Source of the DNA: a virus
Lineage: Duplodnaviria > Caudoviricetes
DNA: 64,000 nucleotides
Virus record (IMG/VR): IMGVR_UViG_3300001528_000621
Span: 1 to 64,000 of that record
Reading direction: 5' to 3' (one strand)
In this document: one piece after another, positions 1-9,580 of the stretch
Position numbering within the stretch: position 1 is the first letter of the stretch
Layout: each line of letters opens with the position of its first letter
The notes under the pieces: model-generated
Database searches by the model: none
What the model was told of the DNA's origin: nothing
What the model saw: the letters and a program-made list of their open reading frames with translations, nothing else
Translations under genes and position numbers: made by a program

Positions 1-2
1 AT

Positions 3-416
3 ACTTCGAAAACAAATGCTGCTTCATATGAGTCTGCAGCTAATACTTCTAAGACTAATGCAGCAACTTATGCAACAGCAGCGTCACAGTCTGCAGCAGC
101 AGCAGCTGGCTATGCATACAGTGGCTCAATGCGAGTTAGTAGCTCAGCAGCAACAGCAGGAACAGTAACATTAAATACAAATACTTACACTAAGATTGGA
201 ACTCTAACTGAAGCTGTAACATTAAATACCGGATCTCAATATACTAACGGTCTTGCAAATGAATTCTCTGGGGAGTTTACAGTAGGAACGTCAGTGTATT
301 CAGTTACTTGGGGAGGAGTTACAAAGACAGTTGTAGGGTCACCAACAATTAGAGCTAACCATAAGTATGTCTTCAGTATAATGGAAGGTGTTCTTATCTT
401 ATGTGAAGCTGAATAA
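3..416 (+). CDS. Tail fibre-like protein, C-terminal part (5' end outside the window)
   Basis: The frame of ORF 129..416 stays open to the window edge (TSKTNAASYESAANTSKTNAATYATAASQSAAAAAG...). Ala/Ser/Thr repeats resemble side-tail-fibre shafts, followed by a small beta-rich C-terminal domain; lies next to other fibre-type genes. Confidence 0.6.
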   Translation, partial: TSKTNAASYESAANTSKTNAATYATAASQSAAAAAGYAYSGSMRVSSSAATAGTVTLNTNTYTKIGTLTEAVTLNTGSQYTNGLANEFSGEFTVGTSVYSVTWGGVTKTVVGSPTIRANHKYVFSIMEGVLILCEAE

Positions 417-428
417 ATCAGATAGAAG

Positions 429-455
429 GAGTGTAGTACAAAGCTACACTCTTTT
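429..455 (+). terminator. Putative intrinsic terminator
   Basis: Stem GAGTGTAG/CTACACTC followed by TTTT. Confidence 0.45.
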
Positions 456-474
456 AAACTATATTTAATATAAT

Positions 475-1440
475 ATGGGAGTTGATAGAAGAAGATTTCT
501 AGAAGCAGCATCTAGTAGGAGAAGCATTTCAGAAAACAACGCTTATGCTTATGCGAGAAGTACAACAGGAGCGTTATACTGGTCACAGGATGCAGGCTCT
601 ACTTGGTCTGTACGTAATACTAATATTCAAACGGACGGTGCACTAGCAGCGTTGAAAAATAACGCAGTCTTAGCGTCAGGTACGAGAAGAAGTGCTCTGT
701 GGTATTTCGATAAATCTGGAAATTATGCAGCTCAGAGCATAACAGGAATTACTAATAACCTTTGCGCTTCTTCTGGTTCTGAGTATGTTTACTATACAGT
801 AAATGCAGGATCAAGTTGGCAGACCGGTTATTCTACTCAAATCTATAAAAAAACAGGAAGAGCTGGTAGACCAGTACTTAAGAAGACATTCAGCACTTGG
901 GATCAATCAGGTAGACATACCATAGCTTGTTCTGCAGACGGAAAATATGTTTGCATTGGAGGCCTTGCAGGATATACAAACGGGTTTACCAGTATAGATT
1001 ATGGAGAGACTTGGGTAGAAGCATTAGCTACATCTTCTTACGGTAACGGCGCTACGAGTGTAGATATGTCAAACGACGGAAGATACACTCTTGTAGGATC
1101 TCAGGGAGGTTTAAATAGGTCTGTAAATAGTCTAGCTTCATTTACTCACGATACTAACTCGAATATTTACAGTATAGCTATATCGGGTGATGGTAGGGTA
1201 ATGTACAGAAACGACTCTAATTTGATTCTATATCGAAGTCTAGACTACGGGGCGAGTTGGCAGCAATTACTGTCTTCATTCGGTGCTGCTAAACTGGTAT
1301 GCAGTTATACTGGACAAGTAGTATTGTGCGTTGCTTATTATGGAGGAACTATCTTCAGGTCTAACGACTACGGAAAATCGTGGTCTCAAATACTTAGTGT
1401 AGCTTGTAACGATATTGTGATAAATAACTGGGGAGTATGA
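475..1440 (+). CDS. BNR/Asp-box beta-propeller protein, putative receptor-binding/tail-fibre-associated
   Basis: Repeated Asp-box motifs SQDAGSTW, SIDYGETW, SLDYGASW, SNDYGKSW plus S-x-DG-[KR] blade motifs; N-terminal DRRRFL. Confidence 0.65.
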   Translation: MGVDRRRFLEAASSRRSISENNAYAYARSTTGALYWSQDAGSTWSVRNTNIQTDGALAALKNNAVLASGTRRSALWYFDKSGNYAAQSITGITNNLCASSGSEYVYYTVNAGSSWQTGYSTQIYKKTGRAGRPVLKKTFSTWDQSGRHTIACSADGKYVCIGGLAGYTNGFTSIDYGETWVEALATSSYGNGATSVDMSNDGRYTLVGSQGGLNRSVNSLASFTHDTNSNIYSIAISGDGRVMYRNDSNLILYRSLDYGASWQQLLSSFGAAKLVCSYTGQVVLCVAYYGGTIFRSNDYGKSWSQILSVACNDIVINNWGV

Positions 1441-1946
1441 TAATTTATAGAAATAAAGAAACAAAAGAGATTTGGAACGGCAGTCCTATCCAAACAGAAA
1501 ACGGCTTGTGTTTTAATCCAACACCGGAACTTTTAGTTGAATCAGGCTGGATAGCTGAGGAACAGACACCGATTCAAACCGAACAAAGTCTTAAAGGCAT
1601 TAAACAAGACGCTGTAGGAGAGTGTAATAACTACTACAATTCTACTGTATTGAATATAGAATATAGAGGTTCGTTGTTCTGGATACCGAGAAGCGAAAGA
1701 GTGTCTTACAAGGATATTCTTAAAGACTGCATAGAAGAAAAGATTACAAAAGTAACATTCAGAGATAATGAACTTTCTGTTCTAGAAGCTCTTAAGATTC
1801 TAAAAGACATGAACATCTACGAATTCAAGTGTAGAGAGATCAGAGATAATCATGTTAGAAATATTACTAAGCTTTACGATAAAGAAAAGGTAGAAGACTA
1901 CGATTACACAGTCGGTTACCCTGAAAGGTTAAAATATAGTTTATAG
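1437..1946 (+). CDS. Tail fibre assembly-like protein (DUF4376-like)
   Basis: C-terminal ...YDYTVGYPERL pattern, helical core, overlaps the stop of the propeller gene. Confidence 0.5.
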   Translation: MIIYRNKETKEIWNGSPIQTENGLCFNPTPELLVESGWIAEEQTPIQTEQSLKGIKQDAVGECNNYYNSTVLNIEYRGSLFWIPRSERVSYKDILKDCIEEKITKVTFRDNELSVLEALKILKDMNIYEFKCREIRDNHVRNITKLYDKEKVEDYDYTVGYPERLKYSL

Positions 1947-2061
1947 TCTCAGGGATTTTTTATATCTTCTATTTCGTAGAAGTAACGAAACTAGAAAAAT
2001 CTAGTTTAGTTCTTAGATCGAAGATGATAGAAGAAATAGAATCTATAAAGGATTTAAGTGA

Positions 2062-2598
2062 ATGGGAGTAGTACTGAATAGTAGCATAGATACAAACTTA
2101 GGTTCTTCTGATAAGATTTACCTAAGGATAGAAAACATTAACCTTAATCGAACTTTCGGTAAGGTTACGGTTGCTGTGACTTATTGGATCAACCAAAGCT
2201 ATTCGGAGACTTTCAAGCATTCTACTTCTAGATATCCTAAAGGTCAAATTCTGAATAATGTCATCTATTACGGAGATGACGATATAGAAGGAGAAGAAAT
2301 AACTTTACCTGTCCTTTTTGAGTTTGATCTTACAACGCCGAAAAAGATAATGGTACCTCTTTATAAGATCGAAGAGGTTTCTGAAGAGGTACCGTATATA
2401 AAGTTTGACGATCTAGGAAGAAAGACTGTAGCTTATCGAACAGTACATCACACTGTCAAAACCAAGATAGGAGAGAAGGAAGATATAACTCAGGTTCTGG
2501 ACTTTAATATAGAGAAAACCCTTATCTCTTGGTGTTATGGTCAGATAAAAGCTCAGTTAGCAGAGATAATTCCTATAGATATTCTTCTAGATACTTAA
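2062..2598 (+). CDS. Hypothetical protein
   Basis: 178-aa ORF in operon orientation. Confidence 0.7.
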   Translation: MGVVLNSSIDTNLGSSDKIYLRIENINLNRTFGKVTVAVTYWINQSYSETFKHSTSRYPKGQILNNVIYYGDDDIEGEEITLPVLFEFDLTTPKKIMVPLYKIEEVSEEVPYIKFDDLGRKTVAYRTVHHTVKTKIGEKEDITQVLDFNIEKTLISWCYGQIKAQLAEIIPIDILLDT

Positions 2599-2614
2599 GA
2601 GATTTTTTAACTAA

Positions 2615-3046
2615 ATGGCTATTCATACTCTCGGAAGTGAAAGATATAAGGATCTATACTATGATCCTGATCTATATGAAAACATAGATACAGAGAATAT
2701 AGGAGAGCTTATACCAGAGCTTTACCCTAAAGTAAAGAGAGTAACATCTCTGTCTGAGAATAATTCTTTCTCTTGGTTATGGGGTAGAATTAAAATTACA
2801 GGAAAAGGAACAGTAAAAATTAATTATCCTTTTTCAGAAGAACATACTTCAGATTTTACTCTTAAGAGTGTAGATCTCAGTACAGTTCCGTACATCATTC
2901 TAGAAGCAAAAACTTCAGGCCGATTTATAGGCTGGTATAGTTTGACACCTAGTGGTCTAGATTATATCTCAAATGAATCTTTTTTAATCTTGAACAAGTA
3001 CAACTTTTTAGATATAACAGGGTTTGAAGCTCATTTTAACGATTAA
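2615..3046 (+). CDS. Hypothetical protein
   Basis: 143-aa ORF; stop overlaps next start. Confidence 0.7.
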   Translation: MAIHTLGSERYKDLYYDPDLYENIDTENIGELIPELYPKVKRVTSLSENNSFSWLWGRIKITGKGTVKINYPFSEEHTSDFTLKSVDLSTVPYIILEAKTSGRFIGWYSLTPSGLDYISNESFLILNKYNFLDITGFEAHFND

Positions 3047-3897
3047 TGAGAACGATTTGGGTATTTAATGATTTCGGAAAAGGAGTCAATCAAAGAGACG
3101 TACTAATGCTCCTAGCTTCAGCTAAGCTTTGGAGCATTCACTGTCCTAATGACTATCGAGTTCTATATTGCAGTAATAATTTAGGGGATACCTTGGTATC
3201 CTTGGGTATGCTTAAGTTGTTTAATGAAGCTATATTACTACCTAACTCTTCTAGATTTCTTGTAGATACCCGCGTTTTCTGGGCTAGTCCAAAATTAGAG
3301 GTTTTATTGCAGCAAAGAGAACCGGTTCGGATAGTAGATCATGATTTTCTTACTTTGTGTTCGATTCCTGATTTCATTCCAGAAAACAGTACCTGTTATT
3401 GCTACACTGAAGATGCTAGGAATTACTATCCATCTAAATTAAACGAAAATGTAAGAGCTCTTACTTATAAAGCTAGGTGGCCTGATGAGTCAGCTAATGT
3501 AAGCTTCTTACAGCTTCCTTTTCCAGATTGGACAGAATTTTACGCCGGAACAAGCTTACAGATTATGGAAGAGTTTACGAAGATGAAAGTACCGGATGCT
3601 CGATATTTAATATTTGCAGAGCAGATGGTATTTAAACACCTTCTTTCTTCATTAGAGACACCGGTTTCCTGTCTTATTAAAAACATTTACGAATGTAAAA
3701 CAGAGTCTTGGACAGAAAACACTGTAAAAGAAGGTATCTGGACACTGGAAGAGGCTTGGGATAAGAAATTCATTCACTATGGACCTACAAAATCCAGGTG
3801 GGGAATAACAGAGTATAGAACTAAAATGGAGGAGATCTGCAATATCTCAGAACTTCCTTTAACTTTGATAAAAAGAACAGACTATTTGAGAAGATGA
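3046..3897 (+). CDS. Putative GT-A fold nucleotide-sugar transferase (paralog of 10960..11892)
   Basis: RVLY...FWASPKL...EPVRIVDHD (DxD-like); shares these motifs with 10960..11892. Confidence 0.5.
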   Translation: MRTIWVFNDFGKGVNQRDVLMLLASAKLWSIHCPNDYRVLYCSNNLGDTLVSLGMLKLFNEAILLPNSSRFLVDTRVFWASPKLEVLLQQREPVRIVDHDFLTLCSIPDFIPENSTCYCYTEDARNYYPSKLNENVRALTYKARWPDESANVSFLQLPFPDWTEFYAGTSLQIMEEFTKMKVPDARYLIFAEQMVFKHLLSSLETPVSCLIKNIYECKTESWTENTVKEGIWTLEEAWDKKFIHYGPTKSRWGITEYRTKMEEICNISELPLTLIKRTDYLRR

Positions 3898-5489
3898 GTT
3901 TAGTAGACCTTAATTTTATTCAAGAAAATATAACGACAGATAACGGACCCGATGTACCCTACATTTGGTCTCATGGAGCAAATAAACTTCATATCGGTGA
4001 TGGTATCGTAATTTATGCTCTTATACAGCAAATTCGAGCTGGAGTTTGTGTTTGTCTAGGTTCCGGAGGAGGATTTATACCTAGAATCATGACACAAGCT
4101 AGGATGGATCTGATTACAGAAGGTATTCGCACCGAAGAATACAATGAGGGGTGGAGTCCAGAAGGTGCAACCTATGTCGTTGATGCTTGCAATGAAGTCG
4201 GAGGCCACAATTCCTGGGCAGATGAAGATTCTTTCTATAGGAAGAGGTTTTTTCCTAGATTTATTCGGGATACGACGGAAAACGCTTTTTACAATTTCTT
4301 CGTAAAGCAGAATATTAAGATCGACTTCTTACATATTGATGCAGACCATAGTTTTGAAGGGGTTAAGAAAGATTTTGAACTCTATTCTACAATAATGAAC
4401 CCTGGAGGGATCATAACTTTACACGATTCCGATGAAAACTTTGAGAACAACTTAATTATATCAGAAGATAACAAAAAAACTTGGTTTAAATTCGATGGAC
4501 CTGCAAGGTTTGTGAAGACTTTGGATAATTCATGGGGAGTTATTAAATTATTCAATGAAGGTAAAATAAAGAATGCACCTTCAACAACAGGATTAACAGT
4601 GGTACAAAAGAAAGAGCCTAAATTACACTTAGTAACGGTCGTAGGAGATTTTCATAAGGATTTGACTTTGATCCAAATGTTAAAACACTACGAACCCATG
4701 GTAGATGACACAACCATAATTCACTACATAACAGGAAAGAAGACATATCTTGAAGAAACACAAGAGTCTCTTGATTTTTCTAAATATCTTGTAGATAATG
4801 GAATCGGAGAAGTAAATATTCAAACTGTCAAAGGTGAAAAATATGATTGGGATAGAGTAACAGAGTATTACAACCTAATTACAGCTACAGGATCTGAGGA
4901 CGATTGGTGGATGATATCCGATTGTGATGAGCTACAGGAATGGCCTACAGAGCCTAAAAAAGTAATTAAGAGTGCGGAACTTCTTCACTGTACATTCATA
5001 ACTGGAGGTTTTCTTGACAGAATAGGAGAAGATGGAACATTTCCTAAAATTACAGGACCTCAAGATGATCTAAATAAGCTATTTCCTTTAGTAGGATTCT
5101 TTAGACATCCAATATCGGGAGCTTGTCCAAACAAGGTCGTAGCTGTAAAGACAGGTCAAAAAGTATGTTCTGGACAGCATTACGCGATTTTTCCTGACGG
5201 AACTAACAGCTGGGGAAAGATTCATCCTAAAAGATATCCGATTCAGAAGTGTTTTGTACAAACGCATCATTTCAAATGGGATTCTACAATATTGAAAAGA
5301 CTTAAGGAAACAGGACAGTCGGGATGTAGTTATTCGGAAGAGTATAAGAAAATGTATAAAGCTCTTAAAGAGAGTAAAAAGATAGATACAGTAAATCCTG
5401 GGTATATGATAGAAAAATATAATCCCGAATTAGGTTATTTTTCATACTCTAACTGGGAAGGACTAAGAGACAAGATAACAAACATATAG
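3894..5489 (+). CDS. Class I SAM methyltransferase (Methyltransf_24-like) fused to a GT2-like domain
   Basis: N-half LGSGGG, IDFLHIDADHSFEGVKKDF, PGGIITLHD; C-half WWMISDCDEL (DxDE), GGFLDRIG, HHFKW. Confidence 0.7.
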   Translation: MSLVDLNFIQENITTDNGPDVPYIWSHGANKLHIGDGIVIYALIQQIRAGVCVCLGSGGGFIPRIMTQARMDLITEGIRTEEYNEGWSPEGATYVVDACNEVGGHNSWADEDSFYRKRFFPRFIRDTTENAFYNFFVKQNIKIDFLHIDADHSFEGVKKDFELYSTIMNPGGIITLHDSDENFENNLIISEDNKKTWFKFDGPARFVKTLDNSWGVIKLFNEGKIKNAPSTTGLTVVQKKEPKLHLVTVVGDFHKDLTLIQMLKHYEPMVDDTTIIHYITGKKTYLEETQESLDFSKYLVDNGIGEVNIQTVKGEKYDWDRVTEYYNLITATGSEDDWWMISDCDELQEWPTEPKKVIKSAELLHCTFITGGFLDRIGEDGTFPKITGPQDDLNKLFPLVGFFRHPISGACPNKVVAVKTGQKVCSGQHYAIFPDGTNSWGKIHPKRYPIQKCFVQTHHFKWDSTILKRLKETGQSGCSYSEEYKKMYKALKESKKIDTVNPGYMIEKYNPELGYFSYSNWEGLRDKITNI

Positions 5490-5506
5490 CATAACATTCT
5501 ATATAA

Positions 5507-5731
5507 ATGGCAAAAACAACACCAGTAGTTCCTGTAGAAACTCAGGATAACATTACGTTTTTTGAGACTAGAAAAGTAAAAGCTCTTGAAAAAATTGCAA
5601 TGAATTTGGAAGCTATAACACTCTTCCTAGAAGGCCTTGAAGCGGATGAGTGGAACAATAGACTCCAGTGGTATCTTGCAATGTTCAAGGAAGCTTATCT
5701 AGATCCAAAACTTAATACAAAGTCAAAGTAA
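5507..5731 (+). CDS. Hypothetical small protein
   Basis: 74-aa ORF filling the gap between neighbours. Confidence 0.6.
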   Translation: MAKTTPVVPVETQDNITFFETRKVKALEKIAMNLEAITLFLEGLEADEWNNRLQWYLAMFKEAYLDPKLNTKSK

Positions 5732-5742
5732 AATCGTAGTTC

Positions 5743-7200
5743 GTGAAGAAAAAACATAAGCTAGGTGTCATAGTTCCGTTTAGAGACAGGTGGGAACATC
5801 TTGAAGGTTTTCTCCTAAAAGTGCCAGAATATCTCAGAAAACAGGACATAGACTTTGAAATTATTATAGCGGAACAGATAGGAGAGGGCGAATTTAATCG
5901 TGGAGCTCTCCTAAATGCTGGTGCTCTAGAAGCAATCCAACGGAACTGTGACTATCTAGCTTTCCACGACATAGACCTACTACCTAAAGACGTAGATTAT
6001 TCTTATCCGGAGTATCCTGTAGAGCTCGTCAATAAGCTTGTAACTAAAGACGGACTTCCTACAGGAACTCCTATCAACTATGATTATTTTGGAGGAGTTA
6101 CCCTGTTTTCGGTTAAAGATTTCTTAAAGACTAACGGGTATTCTAACCGGTATATGGGATGGGGATTCGAGGATAACGATCTACTGGAGAGGTGTAAAGA
6201 GGTACAATTGCCGTTAGGAACAAAAACGTATCGTCAAACTTCTATTTTAGATGCTGCTTTTACTTTTAACGGTAAAGATTCTTACGTAGAATTTGATCTT
6301 CCAACAAAGTTAGATCCAAATAAAGAGTTAACCTTACTTGTAACCTTTAGGGTAGATAGGTTATCTTTTGGGGAGACAGAGATATCTGATGAAGGTTGTA
6401 TATTATCTATTCCTGGATATGACCTTAATATCTCCTATACAAATTTTGGTACGTATAAGTTTGAAGTTTTTGACAATTACGGACAGAGCTACTCAATTCA
6501 CACACCGAGAATGCCGTTAGGTATCACAAGTCAAGCTGCTATTGTATTTAAATACAAAAAGATGACAGCTTACTTAAACGGAATTAAGATAGGAACAAAA
6601 AATTGTGAAGAAGGTAAGGATTTTTATGTAGAGACGGACAAACTCCATTTAGGTGTAGCTGATCCTACTAGAGGAACAAAGAGCAAATGGCTTGACGGTC
6701 AGGTTTCTGACGTTGCTATTTTTAATAAAGCTTTAACTCAATTAGAGATAGCTAACATTTTCAGTGAAGCTTATCTTGGTCTAGGACCATATAAACCTCT
6801 CTACTGGTTTAAAGCTTCTACAGCAGGTCAAGATATGATACCTAATTTGGGTATAGCCCTTAAAAAAAGTATATTTTCTATAGGAAAGTACGATATTGAA
6901 CCTATAGTGACTCTTCAAGATACATTTCAAGCTCAAGTCCCGAATAGACGAACAGGTACCTTTGTAGAGCAAGAGCACAACACTAATGGAAGTGTTAACG
7001 GGTCTTGGCAGAAATGGTCAACCAGGCAAAACCAACATAGGTTCGGCTTAGCAGAGACTAGAGGTACATTTAAGAGGTACGATGGACTTTCAACATTGAA
7101 CCAGATAGCGTCTATGTCGTGTATGGATCGGGATAGGTACACGAAGGTTCAAGTTAGGTTTACTCAAGATTTACTAAAAAAAAATAGGATAGGAATATGA
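5743..7200 (+). CDS. GT7 (beta-1,4-galactosyltransferase-like) glycosyltransferase with LamG/concanavalin-like domain
   Basis: IVPFRDR, FNRGALLN, FHDIDLLP, YFGGV, NGYSNRYMGWGFEDNDL; then LamG-like AYLNG...LHLG...GQVSDVAIFNKALT. Confidence 0.8.
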   Translation: MKKKHKLGVIVPFRDRWEHLEGFLLKVPEYLRKQDIDFEIIIAEQIGEGEFNRGALLNAGALEAIQRNCDYLAFHDIDLLPKDVDYSYPEYPVELVNKLVTKDGLPTGTPINYDYFGGVTLFSVKDFLKTNGYSNRYMGWGFEDNDLLERCKEVQLPLGTKTYRQTSILDAAFTFNGKDSYVEFDLPTKLDPNKELTLLVTFRVDRLSFGETEISDEGCILSIPGYDLNISYTNFGTYKFEVFDNYGQSYSIHTPRMPLGITSQAAIVFKYKKMTAYLNGIKIGTKNCEEGKDFYVETDKLHLGVADPTRGTKSKWLDGQVSDVAIFNKALTQLEIANIFSEAYLGLGPYKPLYWFKASTAGQDMIPNLGIALKKSIFSIGKYDIEPIVTLQDTFQAQVPNRRTGTFVEQEHNTNGSVNGSWQKWSTRQNQHRFGLAETRGTFKRYDGLSTLNQIASMSCMDRDRYTKVQVRFTQDLLKKNRIGI

Positions 7201-8630
7201 AGTTAGGCGTTTGTGTCCCATATAGAAATAGAGAAGCTCATTTAGCTGAGTTCGTACCGAAGGTAGGTAAATATCTCGAAGATCGAGGCATAGACTACTG
7301 TATGTATTTTGGACATCAAGCAGATGATAAGCTCTTCAATAGAGGAGCTATGAAAAATATAGCTGCTAAAGTAGCGTTTGAAGAAGGGTGTGATTATATT
7401 GTTTGGCACGATATTGATATGATTCCTGAGGAAGGAGGAGGTGCAGATTACTCTTATCCTGAGGAACATCCAGTTCATATAGCTACAAATATTTCTCAAA
7501 TGGATTACAAGCTGAAATATTTCGAGTATTTTGGTGGAGCTGTTTTGTTTACGAGAGAACAAGTAGAAAAAACTAACGGATATTCTAATGAATACTGGGA
7601 CTGGGGCAGTGAAGATGATGATCTTTTCTGGAGATGTTATCTAGAAGGTTTAGCAGATATCAAGATAGCCGGAGAAGAGAAAGAAGCTAACATTGTAAGT
7701 TTTTCAGGACAAGATTCATATATCAAGATACCTACTGATGGAGAGCTTAGGAATTTTATGGGAAAATCTCATACAATTCAGCTTACTTGTAGGGCATTTC
7801 AGCAGCCTGAGAAGGTTGAGATGTATTTAGTTGGAAATCCTGAACGTCAATATGTAGAGTTTCCTATTCTTTGTGTGCCGGGATATGATTACGGTATAAA
7901 TTTTAACAACTCAAGAGCTCTTGATCTACAGTTCTGGAATAGTTTCAATCAGCATCAGTACATGTGGTGTAAAAAGTACGATAGGCAATGGTCTACCATT
8001 ACTGTTACCCTGGACTCTTTAACTCATGAAGCTAGACTTTATCTAAATGGTAGAGAGATTGATGCTGAGTTGGGTCAAGGAAGTGCTTCACCGTATACTT
8101 GGATAGGGAAGCTTAAGAGGTATGGAGATCTTGCAATATATCTCGGAACATCACCGTCAGCTGATCGAGATAACCCTAGAAAATTCTTCAAAGGTGATAT
8201 TCGAGAAGTAAAGATTTGGACTAGAGCTTTAGAGCCTGTTGAAGTCCAAAATTCATTTAACGACTATAAGAAAGACCTGGACGATACAGCTTTCTGGATG
8301 ATCGGAAATGAAAGTTCTCACGACATTGAAAGATTTCAGGTACAGACGAACGTAGAGGATATTTCTCTTACAGATTCAGTTCTTCCTTACAGAAAACAAG
8401 GTAGGTTCTTATGTTTACCGCACAAAGATGAAGGCATAGTGGGAGGAAGATTCGTTAAAGGAGAACCGTCAGCAAAGAATGAGAGAAGATATCAGACTAA
8501 AATGCAGCAAGGAGAGATAAATTACAAGCAAGACGGAATTGCTCAAGTTCAATATAAACTTTTAGGCATTGACGAGATTAATCCTAAAGCAAAGATGATA
8601 AATGTACAAACAATAAACGCACCAGAATAA
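7197..8630 (+). CDS. GT7 glycosyltransferase with LamG/concanavalin-like domain (paralog)
   Basis: VPYRNR, FNRGAMKN, WHDIDMIP, YFGGA, NGYSNEYWDWGSEDDDL; LamG-like LYLNG...FKGDIREVKIWTRAL. Confidence 0.8.
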   Translation: MKLGVCVPYRNREAHLAEFVPKVGKYLEDRGIDYCMYFGHQADDKLFNRGAMKNIAAKVAFEEGCDYIVWHDIDMIPEEGGGADYSYPEEHPVHIATNISQMDYKLKYFEYFGGAVLFTREQVEKTNGYSNEYWDWGSEDDDLFWRCYLEGLADIKIAGEEKEANIVSFSGQDSYIKIPTDGELRNFMGKSHTIQLTCRAFQQPEKVEMYLVGNPERQYVEFPILCVPGYDYGINFNNSRALDLQFWNSFNQHQYMWCKKYDRQWSTITVTLDSLTHEARLYLNGREIDAELGQGSASPYTWIGKLKRYGDLAIYLGTSPSADRDNPRKFFKGDIREVKIWTRALEPVEVQNSFNDYKKDLDDTAFWMIGNESSHDIERFQVQTNVEDISLTDSVLPYRKQGRFLCLPHKDEGIVGGRFVKGEPSAKNERRYQTKMQQGEINYKQDGIAQVQYKLLGIDEINPKAKMINVQTINAPE

Positions 8631-8631
8631 A

Positions 8632-9579
8632 ATGTGTGAAGTTGCATTACATACAATGGTAATAGAGCCTGACGGAGGAGTTAGGCTTTGTTGTATTTCC
8701 GACATGGAAGTTGGAAATATAAACACAGAGACCTGGAAAGATATTTTTTACGGAAAAAAAGCAGAAGAGGCTCGGGAAAGAATAGCTAAGAGAGAAGACA
8801 AAGGGTGCATTCACTGTGCATCCTATATAGGAAATTCAGGAAAAGACCTTATTTTTTCTGAACAAGACATAAAACTTACAGATCTTGATTTGAGAATAGA
8901 TAATCTCTGTAACTGTAAGTGTAAGATGTGTTCTGAATATGCTAGTAGCCGGTTCGGAAAGAGACACGTAATTACTAAAGAAGGTCTTGAACACCTGTAT
9001 GAGGCTGTTCGGGATAACAAAGACTATTTGACTCACTATCACTTAGCGGGAGGAGAGCCAATGATACAGTCTTTAGTTACAGACTTCCTACAGTATACGG
9101 TAGATCTAGGTGTTAGTCAGAATGTAAGGCTTAGTTATAATACGAACGCAACTGTAGTTGACGAAAAGCAGCTAGAGCTCTGGAAAAAGTTTGCATACGT
9201 GCATCTTGATGTTTCTATTGACGGGGTAGGAGAGGTAGACGAGTTAATTCGAGAAGGTACAAAATGGTCAACAGTGGAGACTAACATAAAGTACTTCAAA
9301 AACCTAATGGACACTAATCGAGAGTACGGTTTAAAGGGAATTAGAGTTCATCCGACCGTATCTACCTTAAACATTGAGTCTATTTGGAAGCTAGATAGGT
9401 GGTGTACTATAAACGATCTTGAAGTGTGCTGGGGAAACACAGTAGATAATCCTAGCAATCTCAGTATACATTCAATGGACAAAAGAAGACTTAAAGAGGT
9501 CGTAGAGAGCAACCTATTTAAAGCTACGTCTGACGATTTTAAAACATATATGAATAATATTTTAAATTCTATAGCATAA
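8632..9579 (+). CDS. Radical SAM protein with N-terminal SPASM/twitch-like Cys cluster
   Basis: CNCKCKMC (CxxxCxxC), AGGEP, YNTNAT, VSIDG; N-terminal C...CC...CxxC. Confidence 0.85.
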   Translation: MCEVALHTMVIEPDGGVRLCCISDMEVGNINTETWKDIFYGKKAEEARERIAKREDKGCIHCASYIGNSGKDLIFSEQDIKLTDLDLRIDNLCNCKCKMCSEYASSRFGKRHVITKEGLEHLYEAVRDNKDYLTHYHLAGGEPMIQSLVTDFLQYTVDLGVSQNVRLSYNTNATVVDEKQLELWKKFAYVHLDVSIDGVGEVDELIREGTKWSTVETNIKYFKNLMDTNREYGLKGIRVHPTVSTLNIESIWKLDRWCTINDLEVCWGNTVDNPSNLSIHSMDKRRLKEVVESNLFKATSDDFKTYMNNILNSIA

Positions 9580-9580
9580 A

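Noticed and set aside
475-530. Tat signal peptide (DRRRFL)
   Set aside because: No hydrophobic h-region follows the arginines
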